Shown: positions 1 to 9,638, numbered from the stretch's first letter. The stretch: 64,000 bases of DNA from an uncultured delta proteobacterium (GCA_963812015.1 CAWETI010000002.1:1408001-1472000); one strand, 5' to 3'. The notes: generated from the sequence alone by a model not told the origin. Numbers and translations: made by a program.

Positions 1-339
1 GATTCGGGCTCGCCCATAGGCCCGATCGGTATAAATCCGGGCCTGGTGGGAGAGCAGGGAGGTGGCCGGCACGCCCTGGGACCGGAGAAACATACTGAAC
101 AGGGACACGGTGACCTGCTCGCCGGTAGCCAGCAGCACGTCCAGTTCCCGGGGGTCCGGGTCTTCGGACAATTCCTTGGCCAGATTAATGAGGCGGTCGG
201 TTTCGCCGGCCATGGCGCTCAACACCACCACCATTTTATTGCCGTCTCGCCAGCCTTTGACCACCCGGTTGGCCACATTGGCAATGCGGTCGGGGTTGGC
301 CACCGAGGTGCCGCCATACTTTTGCACAATGATAGGCAC
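1..339 (-). CDS. lysC: Aspartate kinase, N-terminal part (runs off the window start)
   Basis: Not in the ORF track. Manual translation from GTG at 339 (GGAG RBS upstream) gives MPIIVQKYGGTSVANPDRIANVA...VVVLSAMAGETDRLI...RELDVLLATGEQV, the aspartokinase signature. Confidence 0.93.
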   Translation of the reverse strand, partial: MPIIVQKYGGTSVANPDRIANVANRVVKGWRDGNKMVVVLSAMAGETDRLINLAKELSEDPDPRELDVLLATGEQVTVSLFSMFLRSQGVPATSLLSHQARIYTDRAYGRARI

Positions 340-507
340 GATTGCACTCCAGATTTATATAAATCATTAATTATATCTCATCTTTAAAAAAAGCAAAGCG
401 CTTCTCGGCCATCTTTCGCTATGGTCAAGGGTGCATTTTTAGATTGACGCTGGCAAACAAATGGTGGTATTAAAAGAAAAAAATCACAAGTAAAGGAGGC
501 CAGATAC

Positions 508-1410
508 ATGGCTGCAAAATTGATCAAAGGGGCCGAAGTGGCCGCCCAAATAAGGGAAGAGCTGAAGAAGGAAGTAGAAGAACTCAAGGCCAAACATAAT
601 TTGACCCCGGGCTTGGTTACCATCCTGGTGGGGGAAGACCCGGGCTCCGTCAGCTACGTCACCGCCAAACAGAAGACTTCTCACGAGTTGGGCTTCTATT
701 CCATCCAGGACAACCAGTCCCCGGATATCACCGAGGCGGCCCTGCTGGCCCTCCTGGACAAATACAACAAGGACCCCAAGATCCACGGCATCCTGGTGCA
801 GCTGCCCCTGCCCAAGCACATCGACTCCAACAAGGTGCTTTACGGCATTAATCCCGACAAAGACGTGGACGCCTTCCATCCGGTGAATGTGGGCCGCATT
901 TTGATCGGCAATTATGCCTTTCTGCCCTGCACCCCGGCCGGCTGCCAGGAACTCATCTATCGGTCTTACGGCGACCCCAAGGGCAAGGAAGTGGTGGTGG
1001 TGGGGCGCTCCAACATCGTGGGCAAACCCATGGTGGCCATCATGATCCAGAAGCGGGCCGGGGCCAACGCCACCGTCACCTGCGTCCACACCGGCACTCC
1101 CAAAGATAAGATGATCGAGCACTGCCGCCGGGCCGACATCCTCATCGTCGCCGCGGGCGTGCCCAAATACATCCAGGGCGACTGGGTCAAAGAAGGCGTC
1201 TGCGTCATCGACGTGGGCGTCAACCGCATCGGCAAGAGCGAGAAGACCGGCAAAGCCATCCTGGCCGGCGACGTCGATTTCGAATCCGTCTCGCAAAAAG
1301 CCTCCTTTATCACCCCGGTGCCCGGCGGCGTCGGCCCCATGACCATCACCATGCTCATGAAGAACACCGTCATGGCCGCCAAACTGGCCGCAGGGCTGGT
1401 AAAGCTGTAA
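508..1410 (+). CDS. folD: Bifunctional methylene-THF dehydrogenase / methenyl-THF cyclohydrolase
   Basis: Motifs GILVQLPLP, KDVDAFHP, PCTPAG, GRSNIVGKP, TPVPGGVGPMT; AAGGAGG RBS. Confidence 0.97.
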   Translation: MAAKLIKGAEVAAQIREELKKEVEELKAKHNLTPGLVTILVGEDPGSVSYVTAKQKTSHELGFYSIQDNQSPDITEAALLALLDKYNKDPKIHGILVQLPLPKHIDSNKVLYGINPDKDVDAFHPVNVGRILIGNYAFLPCTPAGCQELIYRSYGDPKGKEVVVVGRSNIVGKPMVAIMIQKRAGANATVTCVHTGTPKDKMIEHCRRADILIVAAGVPKYIQGDWVKEGVCVIDVGVNRIGKSEKTGKAILAGDVDFESVSQKASFITPVPGGVGPMTITMLMKNTVMAAKLAAGLVKL

Positions 1411-1430
1411 GATTGGGTTGAGGGATTTTA

Positions 1431-1637
1431 TTGGGGAGAGGGCTAAGGGCTTTTCCGTCAGGTGCCCTTACCCCCTCCCCAACCCCCCCAATGCCATAAA
1501 GAGGTGCAATAATTCACAAAGATAAGGCGAGGCCTTGGCCCCGCCTTATCTTTGTGCACCCTTACATCGGTTGGGAGGGGGTGTGGGGGGGGAGGGCAGG
1601 GACTCTTATGTAAGGGTCCCTGGCCCTCTCCCCACAA
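1431..1637. repeat. Composite G/C-rich palindromic intergenic repeat (family A): two GGGGAGAGGGC...GCCCTC(T)CCCC-type units around a central hairpin
   Basis: Imperfect palindromes at about 1431-1490 and 1570-1637; similar units at 3428-3492 and 9827-9885. Confidence 0.6.
1515..1556. terminator. Strong hairpin between convergent folD and hisI-like genes (probable bidirectional terminator)
   Basis: CACAAAGATAAGGCG...CGCCTTATCTTTGTG perfect 15-bp stem. Confidence 0.65.
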
Positions 1638-1642
1638 TCTCT

Positions 1643-2053
1643 CTAATGTGAAAAGGCGATTTCCGGGTAGACCTCGTCCGGGTCGAAGACCCGGGGGTCG
1701 GCGATTTCCCAGCCCTCGGGGGTGAGGCGTCGGAAAAAGCAGGACTGGTAGCCCAATTCGCAGGCCCCGCCGGCGGGCCGCACCTTAAGGAGGAGTTGGT
1801 CTCCCCGGCAGTTAAGGCGCATCTCCAGCACTTCCTGGAAGTGCCCCGAGGCCTCGCCTTTGGCCACCACCTTGCGTTTGTCCGGGTGGTAATAGTGGAC
1901 CCGGCCCGTGGCGGACATTCGTTCCAGAGCCTCCCGGTCCAGTTCCACCACCATCAGTACGGCGCCGGTATCGGCCTCCTGGATGACGGCGGCCAGGCGC
2001 CGGCCTTCGGGCAACGGCAGCCAGTCTGGCAGGTGCAGCCATTTCTGGGTCAA
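1643..2053 (-). CDS. Phosphoribosyl-AMP cyclohydrolase (HisI)-like protein with divergent active-site motifs
   Basis: KGEASGHFQEV, LLLKV, GAC..GY.SCFFR match the HisI fold. TTG at 2053 follows AAGGAGG. Canonical SRSR, DCDxD and CHTG motifs are altered. Confidence 0.8.
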   Translation of the reverse strand: MTQKWLHLPDWLPLPEGRRLAAVIQEADTGAVLMVVELDREALERMSATGRVHYYHPDKRKVVAKGEASGHFQEVLEMRLNCRGDQLLLKVRPAGGACELGYQSCFFRRLTPEGWEIADPRVFDPDEVYPEIAFSH

Positions 2054-2164
2054 GGCGTCCTCCTTAAGAAAAAAAGAAAAAATGGACCGAATAAATTTTT
2101 CTAACATAATCGTTCAGTATCGGTCCATTTTTTTTCCCAAGCGGCTCTATATCTGGAAAAAATC

Positions 2165-2224
2165 TTGACATATTTGGGAGATGGATGGTATTTAGGAGCA
2201 TTGTAAAAGTGAAAGAGTGCACAA
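2165..2224 (+). promoter_or_regulatory. Sigma70-type promoter followed by a Rex-like operator
   Basis: TTGACA 2165-2170; TG-n-TATTTA 2186-2194; AAGTGAAAGAGTGCACAA 2207-2224 matches 11 of 14 defined positions of TTGTGAAnnnnTTCACAA. Confidence 0.5.
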
Positions 2225-2257
2225 ATTATTCCGCCAAAACAGGGAGGAGACAAAAAG

Positions 2258-2674
2258 ATGGCAAGATATGGTTACATAGAATTTTACTACAGCACCAAAC
2301 ACGCGCCCGTCGATAAATATAAATGCGACAATGCGAATGTGCTCAACCTGCTGAAAAGCGTGGGGTCCCATGGGGTAGAGACCGCGGCCATTGACCTGGC
2401 CGACAATGCCGATCCCTTCCGGATGTACCACAAGGCCTCCAGCGGCCCTGCCTCCGAGTATCGCCCCATTTTCGGCGAGGTGCGTGGTTCGGATTATAAA
2501 GAATACTTCGGCAAGACCATTCCGGCCCTCTGCGTCTACCCCAAGAAGGGTGACCGGGCTCCGGTGGAGGTCTTACCTCGCATGGACCATAAGCTAGGCC
2601 GGGTTTATCTGATCGAGGAATGGTTGGAAAATTATGTCGCCGAGCTGGAAGGCCGCATCGAAGCCACGAAGTAA
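2258..2674 (+). CDS. Hypothetical protein, 138 aa (possible thioredoxin/glutaredoxin-like fold)
   Basis: GGGAGG RBS, own promoter and terminator; FGKTIPAL resembles a cis-Pro loop motif. Confidence 0.75.
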   Translation: MARYGYIEFYYSTKHAPVDKYKCDNANVLNLLKSVGSHGVETAAIDLADNADPFRMYHKASSGPASEYRPIFGEVRGSDYKEYFGKTIPALCVYPKKGDRAPVEVLPRMDHKLGRVYLIEEWLENYVAELEGRIEATK

Positions 2675-2686
2675 CCGCCACTTTTC

Positions 2687-2720
2687 GGCCCCACCGGCAA
2701 CGGTGGGGCTTTTTTTTTTT
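2687..2720 (+). terminator. Rho-independent terminator
   Basis: GGCCCCACCG-GCAA-CGGTGGGGCT stem-loop followed by a long T run. Confidence 0.9.
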
Positions 2721-2788
2721 GTATGAACCCCAGGTGTGGGCCCGGCAGCTCCTGCCCCGACAAAAAGAATTAGCCGTGTGAAAGGCTG

Positions 2789-3346
2789 TCACTGCTCCTG
2801 GGCGCCAGGGTAAACCCGCAACAATTCCCGCAAGGCTTTTCCGTAAGTTTCATACGCCGCGTGACCGAATAGGACGAAGCGGGCCAGCTTAATCTCCGGA
2901 TGCTGGGCCAGGTAATCCATGACCGTCTTTAAGGCGACCCGGGCCGCATCCTCTATGGGGTAAGCGTAGACGCCGGTGGAGATGGAAGGAAAGGCAAGGG
3001 ATTTAAGCCCTTTGGCCGAGGCCAGCTTCAGGCTTTCCCGGTAGCACGAGGCCAGCAGATCCGGCTCCCGATGGAACCCATCCTTATAGACGGGGCCCAC
3101 GGTGTGGATCACATACCTGGCCTTGAGGTTGCCGCCGGTGGTAATACGGGCCTCCCCCGTGGGACAGCCCCCCAACTGGCGGCATGCGGCTTCGATGGTC
3201 GGCCCGCCGGCCCGGTGGATGGCGCCGTCCACCCCGCCCCCGGGACGCAGGGCGGCATTAGCGGCGTTGACAACGGCGTCCGTGTCTTGCCGGGTGATAT
3301 CCCCTTCCACCAGTTCCAGGGTGGATTGACCCACTTTCACTTCCAT
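2789..3346 (-). CDS. Macrodomain O-acetyl-ADP-ribose deacetylase / ADP-ribosylhydrolase (YmdB-like)
   Basis: GDIT, VNAAN, GGGVDGAIH, VIHTVGP, AFPSISTGVY. Confidence 0.95.
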   Translation of the reverse strand: MEVKVGQSTLELVEGDITRQDTDAVVNAANAALRPGGGVDGAIHRAGGPTIEAACRQLGGCPTGEARITTGGNLKARYVIHTVGPVYKDGFHREPDLLASCYRESLKLASAKGLKSLAFPSISTGVYAYPIEDAARVALKTVMDYLAQHPEIKLARFVLFGHAAYETYGKALRELLRVYPGAQEQ

Positions 3347-3427
3347 GCACCGACCTCCGAGGTTACCTCAAGGGGAGAGGACTCCTGACCTCTGCCACAG
3401 GCTTGCACTTTTAATCCTGTTCATGGG

Positions 3428-3492
3428 GGTTGGGAGGGGAGTTTGAGGGGGGCGGAGGACCCTGACTAAATGCCCCCCGGTCCCCCCCTCAA
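3428..3492. repeat. Family A palindromic intergenic repeat
   Basis: GGTTGGGAGGGGAGTTTGAGGGGGG...CCCCCCTCAA, similar to 1570-1637 and 9827-9885. Confidence 0.55.
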
Positions 3493-3509
3493 CCTAGTCT
3501 TTTGTCAAT

Positions 3510-4085
3510 TCATTTTGGAATAAGGCGGTACGGAGCCGCCCGTTTGGTCCACTCGCTGCCGAGAAATTTGGCCGTCAAGGTTTCGTATGATTCCCGCAAG
3601 GGTTTGGGGTCGTGGGTCATCTTATAGCGGGACACCCCCATGAAAAAGACGGCCTCCGCCGCTGCGGCGCTGTCGGGATAATTCTGCAAGGCTTCCTCGA
3701 ACATGCCCTGGGCCTCGGGATGCTGCTCGGCGTTGAAGTACCATTTGCCCTTGGCCACCATGAACGTGGGAATGAATTCCTCCGGCGGGAGAAATCCCAC
3801 CACGCGATGGACCTCGTTGCCGTCGGCATCCAGCACGATGATCGTGGGGGTCCAATTCACCTTAAATTGCTCCATCAGGGCGGTGTTCGAGACCTCGATC
3901 TGGACCGGGGCAAAGTTATAATCCACAAACTTGACGACTTTGTCATTGGGGTACGTAACCGCACCCATCTGTTGGCATCCGATTCACTGTGGGTTGAAAA
4001 AGTCAAGGAGAACGGGCTTCTTCGTCTGGCGGGCGCTGTTTTTGGCCTTGGCCAGATCATTCAGCCAGCAGATATTCAGGGCCAT
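3510..4085 (-). CDS. Thioredoxin-fold selenoprotein (UxxC) with C-terminal TPR-like helical region
   Basis: ATG 4085 after AAGGAGG; reads KPVLLDFFNPQ-TGA(3986-3984)-IGCQQMGAVTY in frame with ORF 3510..3968; WTPT cis-Pro motif; hairpin downstream of the TGA. Confidence 0.88.
3949..3966 (-). promoter_or_regulatory. Candidate bacterial SECIS hairpin
   Basis: GGGUGCG-GUUA-CGUACCC stem-loop with G at the first loop position, starting about 17 nt 3' of the in-frame UGA. Confidence 0.6.
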
Positions 4086-4389
4086 GGGGATTTCCTCCTT
4101 GTGAGAAAACGGGGCTAAGCTATCCCGCATATTATTCAATAAATAATCATTCCTAATCGAAAGGCAAGAGAGGCAGGGCGGGTTTGAGCAGGGTGGGGCA
4201 GGCGGTTTAGGGGGACGCGGCACGGGAGGGCCAGGTCGCCCTCCCGCGCTTTGGCCATCACTAACAGGCGATTAAAAACGGGTCGCCTTGCTCAGAATGA
4301 CAATTTAAAGAAAGTGGCAGGTTTTCTCACACCCTAAGAGAAGTACTGGTGAGCGGTGAGTCTTCACAAACCTGACGGGTCCCGGCCTC

Positions 4390-4872
4390 TTACTCTACAA
4401 TGATGACGGCGCAGCCTTTGGCGTTTTGCACCACCTTGTGGGTGACGCTTCCCAAAAGGAGGGTCTTGGCCAGGCCCAGGCCCCGGCGACCCATGATGAT
4501 GGTGTCGAAGCGCCCGGTTTCGGCTTCGTTGAGGATATCTTCGGCTACGTCATAATCTCTGAGCTTGAATTTATTATGCACCGCATCCTTGGGGATGCCG
4601 GCCTTGATTAAGTGATCGTGGGCCTTTTTCACCAGGCCCTGCCATTTCTTTTCTTGCTCTGTCTGCCAGCCGGCCACCAGCCGCTGCCGGGATTCTCTTT
4701 CTTTTTCATCCAGGATATGGCCGTCATCCCAGAAAGCCGGGGGTAGATCCGACAAAACCTGGAGGAGCGTAACCTGCACCCCCGGAGTTTTACCGAAGGT
4801 TTCAGCCGTGTAGTCCACCGCCCGCCAGGCCCCTTCCGAACTATCCAGGCCAATTAAGATCTTATGGGACAT
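4390..4872 (-). CDS. Universal stress protein (UspA family)
   Basis: KILIGLDSS, IIMGRRG, LLGSVTHKVV; AAGGAGG RBS. Confidence 0.93.
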   Translation of the reverse strand: MSHKILIGLDSSEGAWRAVDYTAETFGKTPGVQVTLLQVLSDLPPAFWDDGHILDEKERESRQRLVAGWQTEQEKKWQGLVKKAHDHLIKAGIPKDAVHNKFKLRDYDVAEDILNEAETGRFDTIIMGRRGLGLAKTLLLGSVTHKVVQNAKGCAVIIVE

Positions 4873-5124
4873 GCATGCCTCCTTTTGCATAGATAAAGTT
4901 AATTTTAAGCATCAGCAGGAGAAGATGTCAACCGACGGGCGCGACTGAATGCTTCTTGGGCAATTGCGGGGCTCCATACCCCCGGCGCCCCGGGAGGAGC
5001 GCTCCGGCCGGCGGATAGCCGGTTAGGCCGAGAGCCTCGGCGCCGGGGCCAGGGATTATGCCGGCACAAAAACCTTGCAATGTTACCACCCCGGCCATAA
5101 AATTCTCAGGCAAGAGTACTGCTT

Positions 5125-6204
5125 ATGGACCAGCCAAAGGACCTGTTTTATAGCCCTGCGGACCACACCGGCCAGGTGGATCGGTTGCTGGCCACCATCG
5201 AGTTCTCCAAGGCTCTAGTGAGCGCCTACGATATGGAGACGCTCCTTACCGCGATCCTGGAGCGCATCAAGGCGATCATCCCCGCCCAGAACTGGTCCTT
5301 GCTGCTCATCGACCCTCAGACCCAGGAATTGTACTTCGCCGTGGTGGTGGGAGTGGCCCCGGAGAAGGTGAAGGATATCCGCCTGCAGCCGGGAGAAGGC
5401 ATCGCCGGGACCGTGGCCCGGACGGCGCTGCCGATCTTCATCCCCGATGCGGACCAGGACCCCCGCTTTGCCGCCCGGGTGGACAGCTTGACCGGCTTTG
5501 ACACCCATTCCATCATCGCTCTGCCTTTGATCATCCGGGGAAAAGTCATCGGGGTGTTCGAGGTGATCAATGTGGAGGACGAGAGATACTTCCGGGAGAA
5601 ATACCTGCCCCACCTGACCATTCTGGCGGACTATGTGGCCATCGCGGTGGATAATGTCCGCAATTTACAGAAGCTCGAGGCCCGCACCTTTATTGACGAT
5701 GTGACCGGGTTCTACAATACCCGGTATCTTATCCACGAACTGGACCGCCTCATCCCCCAGCTCCTGGACCAGGGTGCGTCTTTTTCCGTGGTCTTCCTGG
5801 ACCTGGACAACTTCAAGACGGTGGTGGACACCCACGGCCACCTGCGGGGCAGCAAGGTCCTGGCCCAAGTGGCCCGGGTAATTAATGGGGTGCTGGGGCC
5901 GGACGACAGCCTGGTACACTACGGCGGCGATGAGTTCATCACCCTGATGCCCCGGCGGTCCCGGCAGGACGCCCTGGAGACCACCCGCCGCCTGCGCCGG
6001 AGCCTCAACCAGACGGTCTTCCTGCAAGATGAAGGGCTGGAGATCAAGGTCACGGCCAGCTACGGCATCGCCACCGTCCCGGATGACGCCCAGGACCGGG
6101 AGCAACTGCTGCTCATCGCCGACCGGGCCATGTTCGGCAGCAAAGGCCGGGGCCGGGACCGCATCATGGTGGGCCGGGACATGGTGCCGGTGGAAGATGC
6201 CTGA
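5125..6204 (+). CDS. GAF-sensor diguanylate cyclase
   Basis: N-terminal GAF (GEGIAG, DPRF...D..TGF); DLDNFK and YGGDEF; no RxxD I-site. Confidence 0.93.
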   Translation: MDQPKDLFYSPADHTGQVDRLLATIEFSKALVSAYDMETLLTAILERIKAIIPAQNWSLLLIDPQTQELYFAVVVGVAPEKVKDIRLQPGEGIAGTVARTALPIFIPDADQDPRFAARVDSLTGFDTHSIIALPLIIRGKVIGVFEVINVEDERYFREKYLPHLTILADYVAIAVDNVRNLQKLEARTFIDDVTGFYNTRYLIHELDRLIPQLLDQGASFSVVFLDLDNFKTVVDTHGHLRGSKVLAQVARVINGVLGPDDSLVHYGGDEFITLMPRRSRQDALETTRRLRRSLNQTVFLQDEGLEIKVTASYGIATVPDDAQDREQLLLIADRAMFGSKGRGRDRIMVGRDMVPVEDA

Positions 6205-6408
6205 AAGAGCGTCACGGGCACCGGGATCATTCCGCCACGAACCGGGAGAGATAAGAACCCTGATCGCGGCAGCCCTCTTGCCAGCACCAAAAAAAATTGG
6301 TCGGCAGTTTAACCGCATGGATTACCAACGGGTAGACTTCGATCCGGAGAACCCCCGCATCACGGATCTGCTGCTATCGCCCCACTGAGAGGCTACGCCA
6401 CCGCCGGT

Positions 6409-7164
6409 TTACTTGGCCTTGCCCTGGGCGGCCACGGCTTCCATGGCCTTTTTAATCTCCGCCTCATCCCCCAAATAGTAATGTTTCACCTGGTTCAGGT
6501 CGGCATCCAGTTCATATACCAGGGGGACGCCCGTGGGGATATTCACCGACACGATGGCGTCATCGGAGAGGCGATCTAGATGCTTCACCAGGGCGCGCAG
6601 GCTGTTGCCGTGGGCCACCACCAACACCCTTTGGCCGGCCTTAATGGCCGGGGCGATGATGTTATGCCAGTAGGGCAGCATACGGGCCACGGTATCGGCC
6701 AGGCATTCGCAGGCCGGGAGGGTGTCGGCGGCCAGGTGGGCATAGCGCCGGTCAAACCGGGGATGGCGAGGGTCGTCCGGTTCCAGGGCCGGGGGCCGCA
6801 CCGCATAACTGCGACGCCAGATCTGCACCTGTTCTTCGCCATATTTTGCCGCGGTTTCGCTTTTATTGAGCCCCTGCAAGGCCCCGTAATGCCGCTCATT
6901 GAGCTGCCAGGCGCGAATCACCGGGATCCACTCCAGTTCCATGGTCTCCAGGATGATCCAGAGGGTTTTGATGGCCCGCTTGAGCACCGAGGTGTAGGCG
7001 ATATCAAAGGTAAAGCCGCGGTCCCGGAGGAGCTGCCCCCCGGTCAGGGCTTCCTGGTCCCCCTGGGCCGACAGGCCCACGTCGGTCCAACCGGTGAAAC
7101 GGTTTTCCAGATTCCAGACGCTCTGGCCGTGCCGCACCAGCGTCAGGGAGTAGGTCGTGCTCAT
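6409..7164 (-). CDS. gpmA: 2,3-bisphosphoglycerate-dependent phosphoglycerate mutase
   Basis: LVRHGQS.WN..NRFTGW, LNERHYG.LQG, AHGNSLR. Confidence 0.97.
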   Translation of the reverse strand: MSTTYSLTLVRHGQSVWNLENRFTGWTDVGLSAQGDQEALTGGQLLRDRGFTFDIAYTSVLKRAIKTLWIILETMELEWIPVIRAWQLNERHYGALQGLNKSETAAKYGEEQVQIWRRSYAVRPPALEPDDPRHPRFDRRYAHLAADTLPACECLADTVARMLPYWHNIIAPAIKAGQRVLVVAHGNSLRALVKHLDRLSDDAIVSVNIPTGVPLVYELDADLNQVKHYYLGDEAEIKKAMEAVAAQGKAK

Positions 7165-7324
7165 GGGCGCCCCCTTGATGGGTGAAAGAGATGGGGTTCA
7201 GAAAGACCGGGCTGTTGAGGATCGCGCCATCAAACCCCGTTAACCACCGCCCGCATGGATTTGACCGGCGTAAGCATGCCGAACATGCTTGGCCTGCCGT
7301 CAGACCCCACGGGACAAAGAACTC

Positions 7325-7606
7325 TCAGTGTTGGAGTTGCCAGGATTTATTAGACTTCCGTTGACTGGCATAACGATTTTTCCGGTTTTTGGAGTGCCGC
7401 GACCCGGCGGATTGGGCGGAGACCCCTCACCCTGTCTGTGCTTGCGCCCGGGTCCGTTTGGCCTTAGGGCTCTTGTGCCCCCGGGTCCTGGTTTGAGTCC
7501 TGCTTACCCCTGAATCTGGGGTATCCAGGGCCGGGGAGGGAGTGGCGCCGGCGGAAAAACTCATGCATAGGATAAACACGGCCGCAGCCAAAATCGCTCT
7601 GTGCAT
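7325..7606 (-). pseudogene. Small signal-peptide-bearing basic protein with an internal TGA at 7427-7429 (truncated or pseudogene)
   Basis: MHRAILAAAVFILCMSFSAGA signal-like N-terminus; K/R/S-rich composition continues for 33 codons past the TGA. Confidence 0.35.
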
Positions 7607-7707
7607 GTTGACTCCGATGTCTCGTCTGGCTGCGGAAGCCAGCCTGTCTGCGCAACTCATACCGTTTGCTTGGAAACGCTTCCCACGCAAGTCGACCGCA
7701 ACAACCA

Positions 7708-8889
7708 TCAACTCCGATAGTCGGCGTTGATGCGGATGTAGTCCTCGGTAAAATCGCAGGTGTCGTAGTAGTCGGCAAAGACCCCTTTGTTGAGGTGGAT
7801 GGTCACCGTAAAAGAGCCGGACTTGATTACCTGCTGGGCCGCGGCTTCCGCCTCTGGCCCTAAGCCCCGGCCGTTTTCTACCACCAGGTAGTCACCGAAG
7901 GCAATGGAGACCAGCTCCGGGTCGAAGCGGGCCCCGGCCCGCCCCAGGGCGGCCATGATCCGCCCCCAGTTGACGTCTTCCCCCGCCATGGCGGTCTTGA
8001 CCAGGGGCGAGAGGGCCACGGTCATGGCGGCCTTTTTGGCTTCAGCCGGAGTGGCCGCGCCCTTGACGAGCACCTTATAGGCGTGGCGGGCGCCTTCACC
8101 GTCGGCCACCACCTGCCAGGCCAACTCGCCCATCACCTGATTCAAGGCCTCGCCCAGGGCGATCATCCCGGGCCCCGCCTCGGTAATCACCGTATTGCCC
8201 GCCTTCCCACTGGCCAATAACAGGATGGTATCGTTGGTGGAAGTGTCGCCATCCACGGTGATCCGGTTGAAACTCACCGGCAGGGCCTGGCCCAGGAGGG
8301 TTTTCAAGACTTTGGGGCTGGCCCCGGTGTCAGTGAACACGAAGACCAGAAGGGTGGCCATATCCGGGTGGATCATGCCTGCGCCTTTGGCGATTCCGGC
8401 CAGGGTGAATTCCCGGCCGTCAATCATGCCCTTGACCAGCGAGGCCTTGGGCCGGGTGTCGGTGGTCATGATGGCCCGGGCCGCCTCGCCCAACCCGTCA
8501 GGGCTCAGCCCGGCCACCAATTGGGGCAGGGCCTGGGTGATGCGGTCCCCGGGCAAGGGGGCGCCGATGACCCCGGTGGAGGCCGGCAGCACCAGGCCTT
8601 CGGGGAGGTTCAGCAACTCCGCGGCCCGGCGGCAAGTCTCCCGGGCAGTGGCCAGGCCCTGGGGGCCGTTGCAGGCGTTGGCGTTGCCGGCATTCACCAG
8701 GATGGCCTGGGCGGAACCTTTCCGTAGGCGTTCTTGAGAAATCAGCACCGGCGCAGCCTTCACCCGGTTGCGGGTAAACACCCCGGCCGCAGCCGCGGGG
8801 GTATCCGCCACCATCAGGGCCAGGTCCAGAACCCCGGGCTTTTTGATGCCGGCGGCGGTGGCTGAGAATTTAAATCCCGGGACGATCAT
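7708..8889 (-). CDS. argJ: Glutamate N-acetyltransferase / ornithine acetyltransferase
   Basis: NAGNANA, STGVIG, IMTTDT, KGAGMIHPDMAT, DGDTSTND, DGEGA, INADYRS. Confidence 0.97.
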   Translation of the reverse strand: MIVPGFKFSATAAGIKKPGVLDLALMVADTPAAAAGVFTRNRVKAAPVLISQERLRKGSAQAILVNAGNANACNGPQGLATARETCRRAAELLNLPEGLVLPASTGVIGAPLPGDRITQALPQLVAGLSPDGLGEAARAIMTTDTRPKASLVKGMIDGREFTLAGIAKGAGMIHPDMATLLVFVFTDTGASPKVLKTLLGQALPVSFNRITVDGDTSTNDTILLLASGKAGNTVITEAGPGMIALGEALNQVMGELAWQVVADGEGARHAYKVLVKGAATPAEAKKAAMTVALSPLVKTAMAGEDVNWGRIMAALGRAGARFDPELVSIAFGDYLVVENGRGLGPEAEAAAQQVIKSGSFTVTIHLNKGVFADYYDTCDFTEDYIRINADYRS

Positions 8890-8994
8890 ATCGAGAATTA
8901 ACCTAACTGTTTTCTTAAATGATGTCAATAAGGTAGGTGATGGCTGGTCTGAACTTGCTATAATTTCATTGTCTAAGTTGGCGTAACGATAATC

Positions 8995-9032
8995 CCCCTC
9001 ACCCTAGCCCTCTCCCCCAAGGGGGAGAGGGG
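8995..9032. repeat. REP-like palindrome
   Basis: CCCCTCACCCTAGCCCTCTCCCCCAAGGGGGAGAGGGG, a widespread REP-like pattern. Confidence 0.75.
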
Positions 9033-9056
9033 AAAAAATCTACCGATGAAAGCACA

Positions 9057-9638
9057 TCAGCAATGGAATTCGTTGCAGCTTCGGGTTTGCCATAAAACAA
9101 AGTCAATCTTCTTCATGTCTGAGATGCGGTGGGAATCAGGAATTAACTTATCGAAGATGGTGAGAATTTCTGAAGCCTCTTCTGTGGGCAAGAAATCTCT
9201 GTACCATTGCTGGATTCTACGATAAACCTCAATTATCTTATTCAAGCGATCCTTTGTACCATATGCAGGCGCTCTTTGGCCAGTATTCCTTAAAATTTTA
9301 ACATCCCATATTGGTTGATTCGGGTCAAGAGTATGGGCAAGCTTACTAGAGAAAGAAGGCTCAAATCTTCCGAGTATCGTATGGAAGTGGGCTATTGTCT
9401 CGTCAAAAGATGGCCTTTGAATCTTTCCATTTTCCATGTATTCATAATAGGTTGAATAAAAATAATGATTTCGTTGTCGAACTTTATAGAAGCTGTTATA
9501 TATATATTGAAAATTTGAATTAACAGCGACATTAAGACGTGGAAACAAATTCATAATTTCAACATACTGTAATATTCCTCTTCTTGCTCTATTAATAGCA
9601 TCAGTTATTTTATCTCTATTCATTTCGAACCCCTCCAT
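9057..9638 (-). CDS. AT-rich hypothetical protein (possible HhH/glycosylase-like fold)
   Basis: 193-aa ORF with AT-rich codons; SFSSKLAHTLDPNQPIWD and KKIDFVLW motifs. Confidence 0.75.
   Translation of the reverse strand: MEGFEMNRDKITDAINRARRGILQYVEIMNLFPRLNVAVNSNFQYIYNSFYKVRQRNHYFYSTYYEYMENGKIQRPSFDETIAHFHTILGRFEPSFSSKLAHTLDPNQPIWDVKILRNTGQRAPAYGTKDRLNKIIEVYRRIQQWYRDFLPTEEASEILTIFDKLIPDSHRISDMKKIDFVLWQTRSCNEFHC

Noticed and set aside
6317..6388. Tiny ORF MDYQRVDFDPENPRITDLLLSPH
   Set aside because: No RBS and too short to support; at most a gene remnant.
7427..7429. TGA as a second selenocysteine codon
   Set aside because: Low-complexity basic context, no redox motif and no clear SECIS.
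8930..9056. Integron attC site after the AT-rich gene
   Set aside because: No convincing paired R/L boxes and no integrase in the window.
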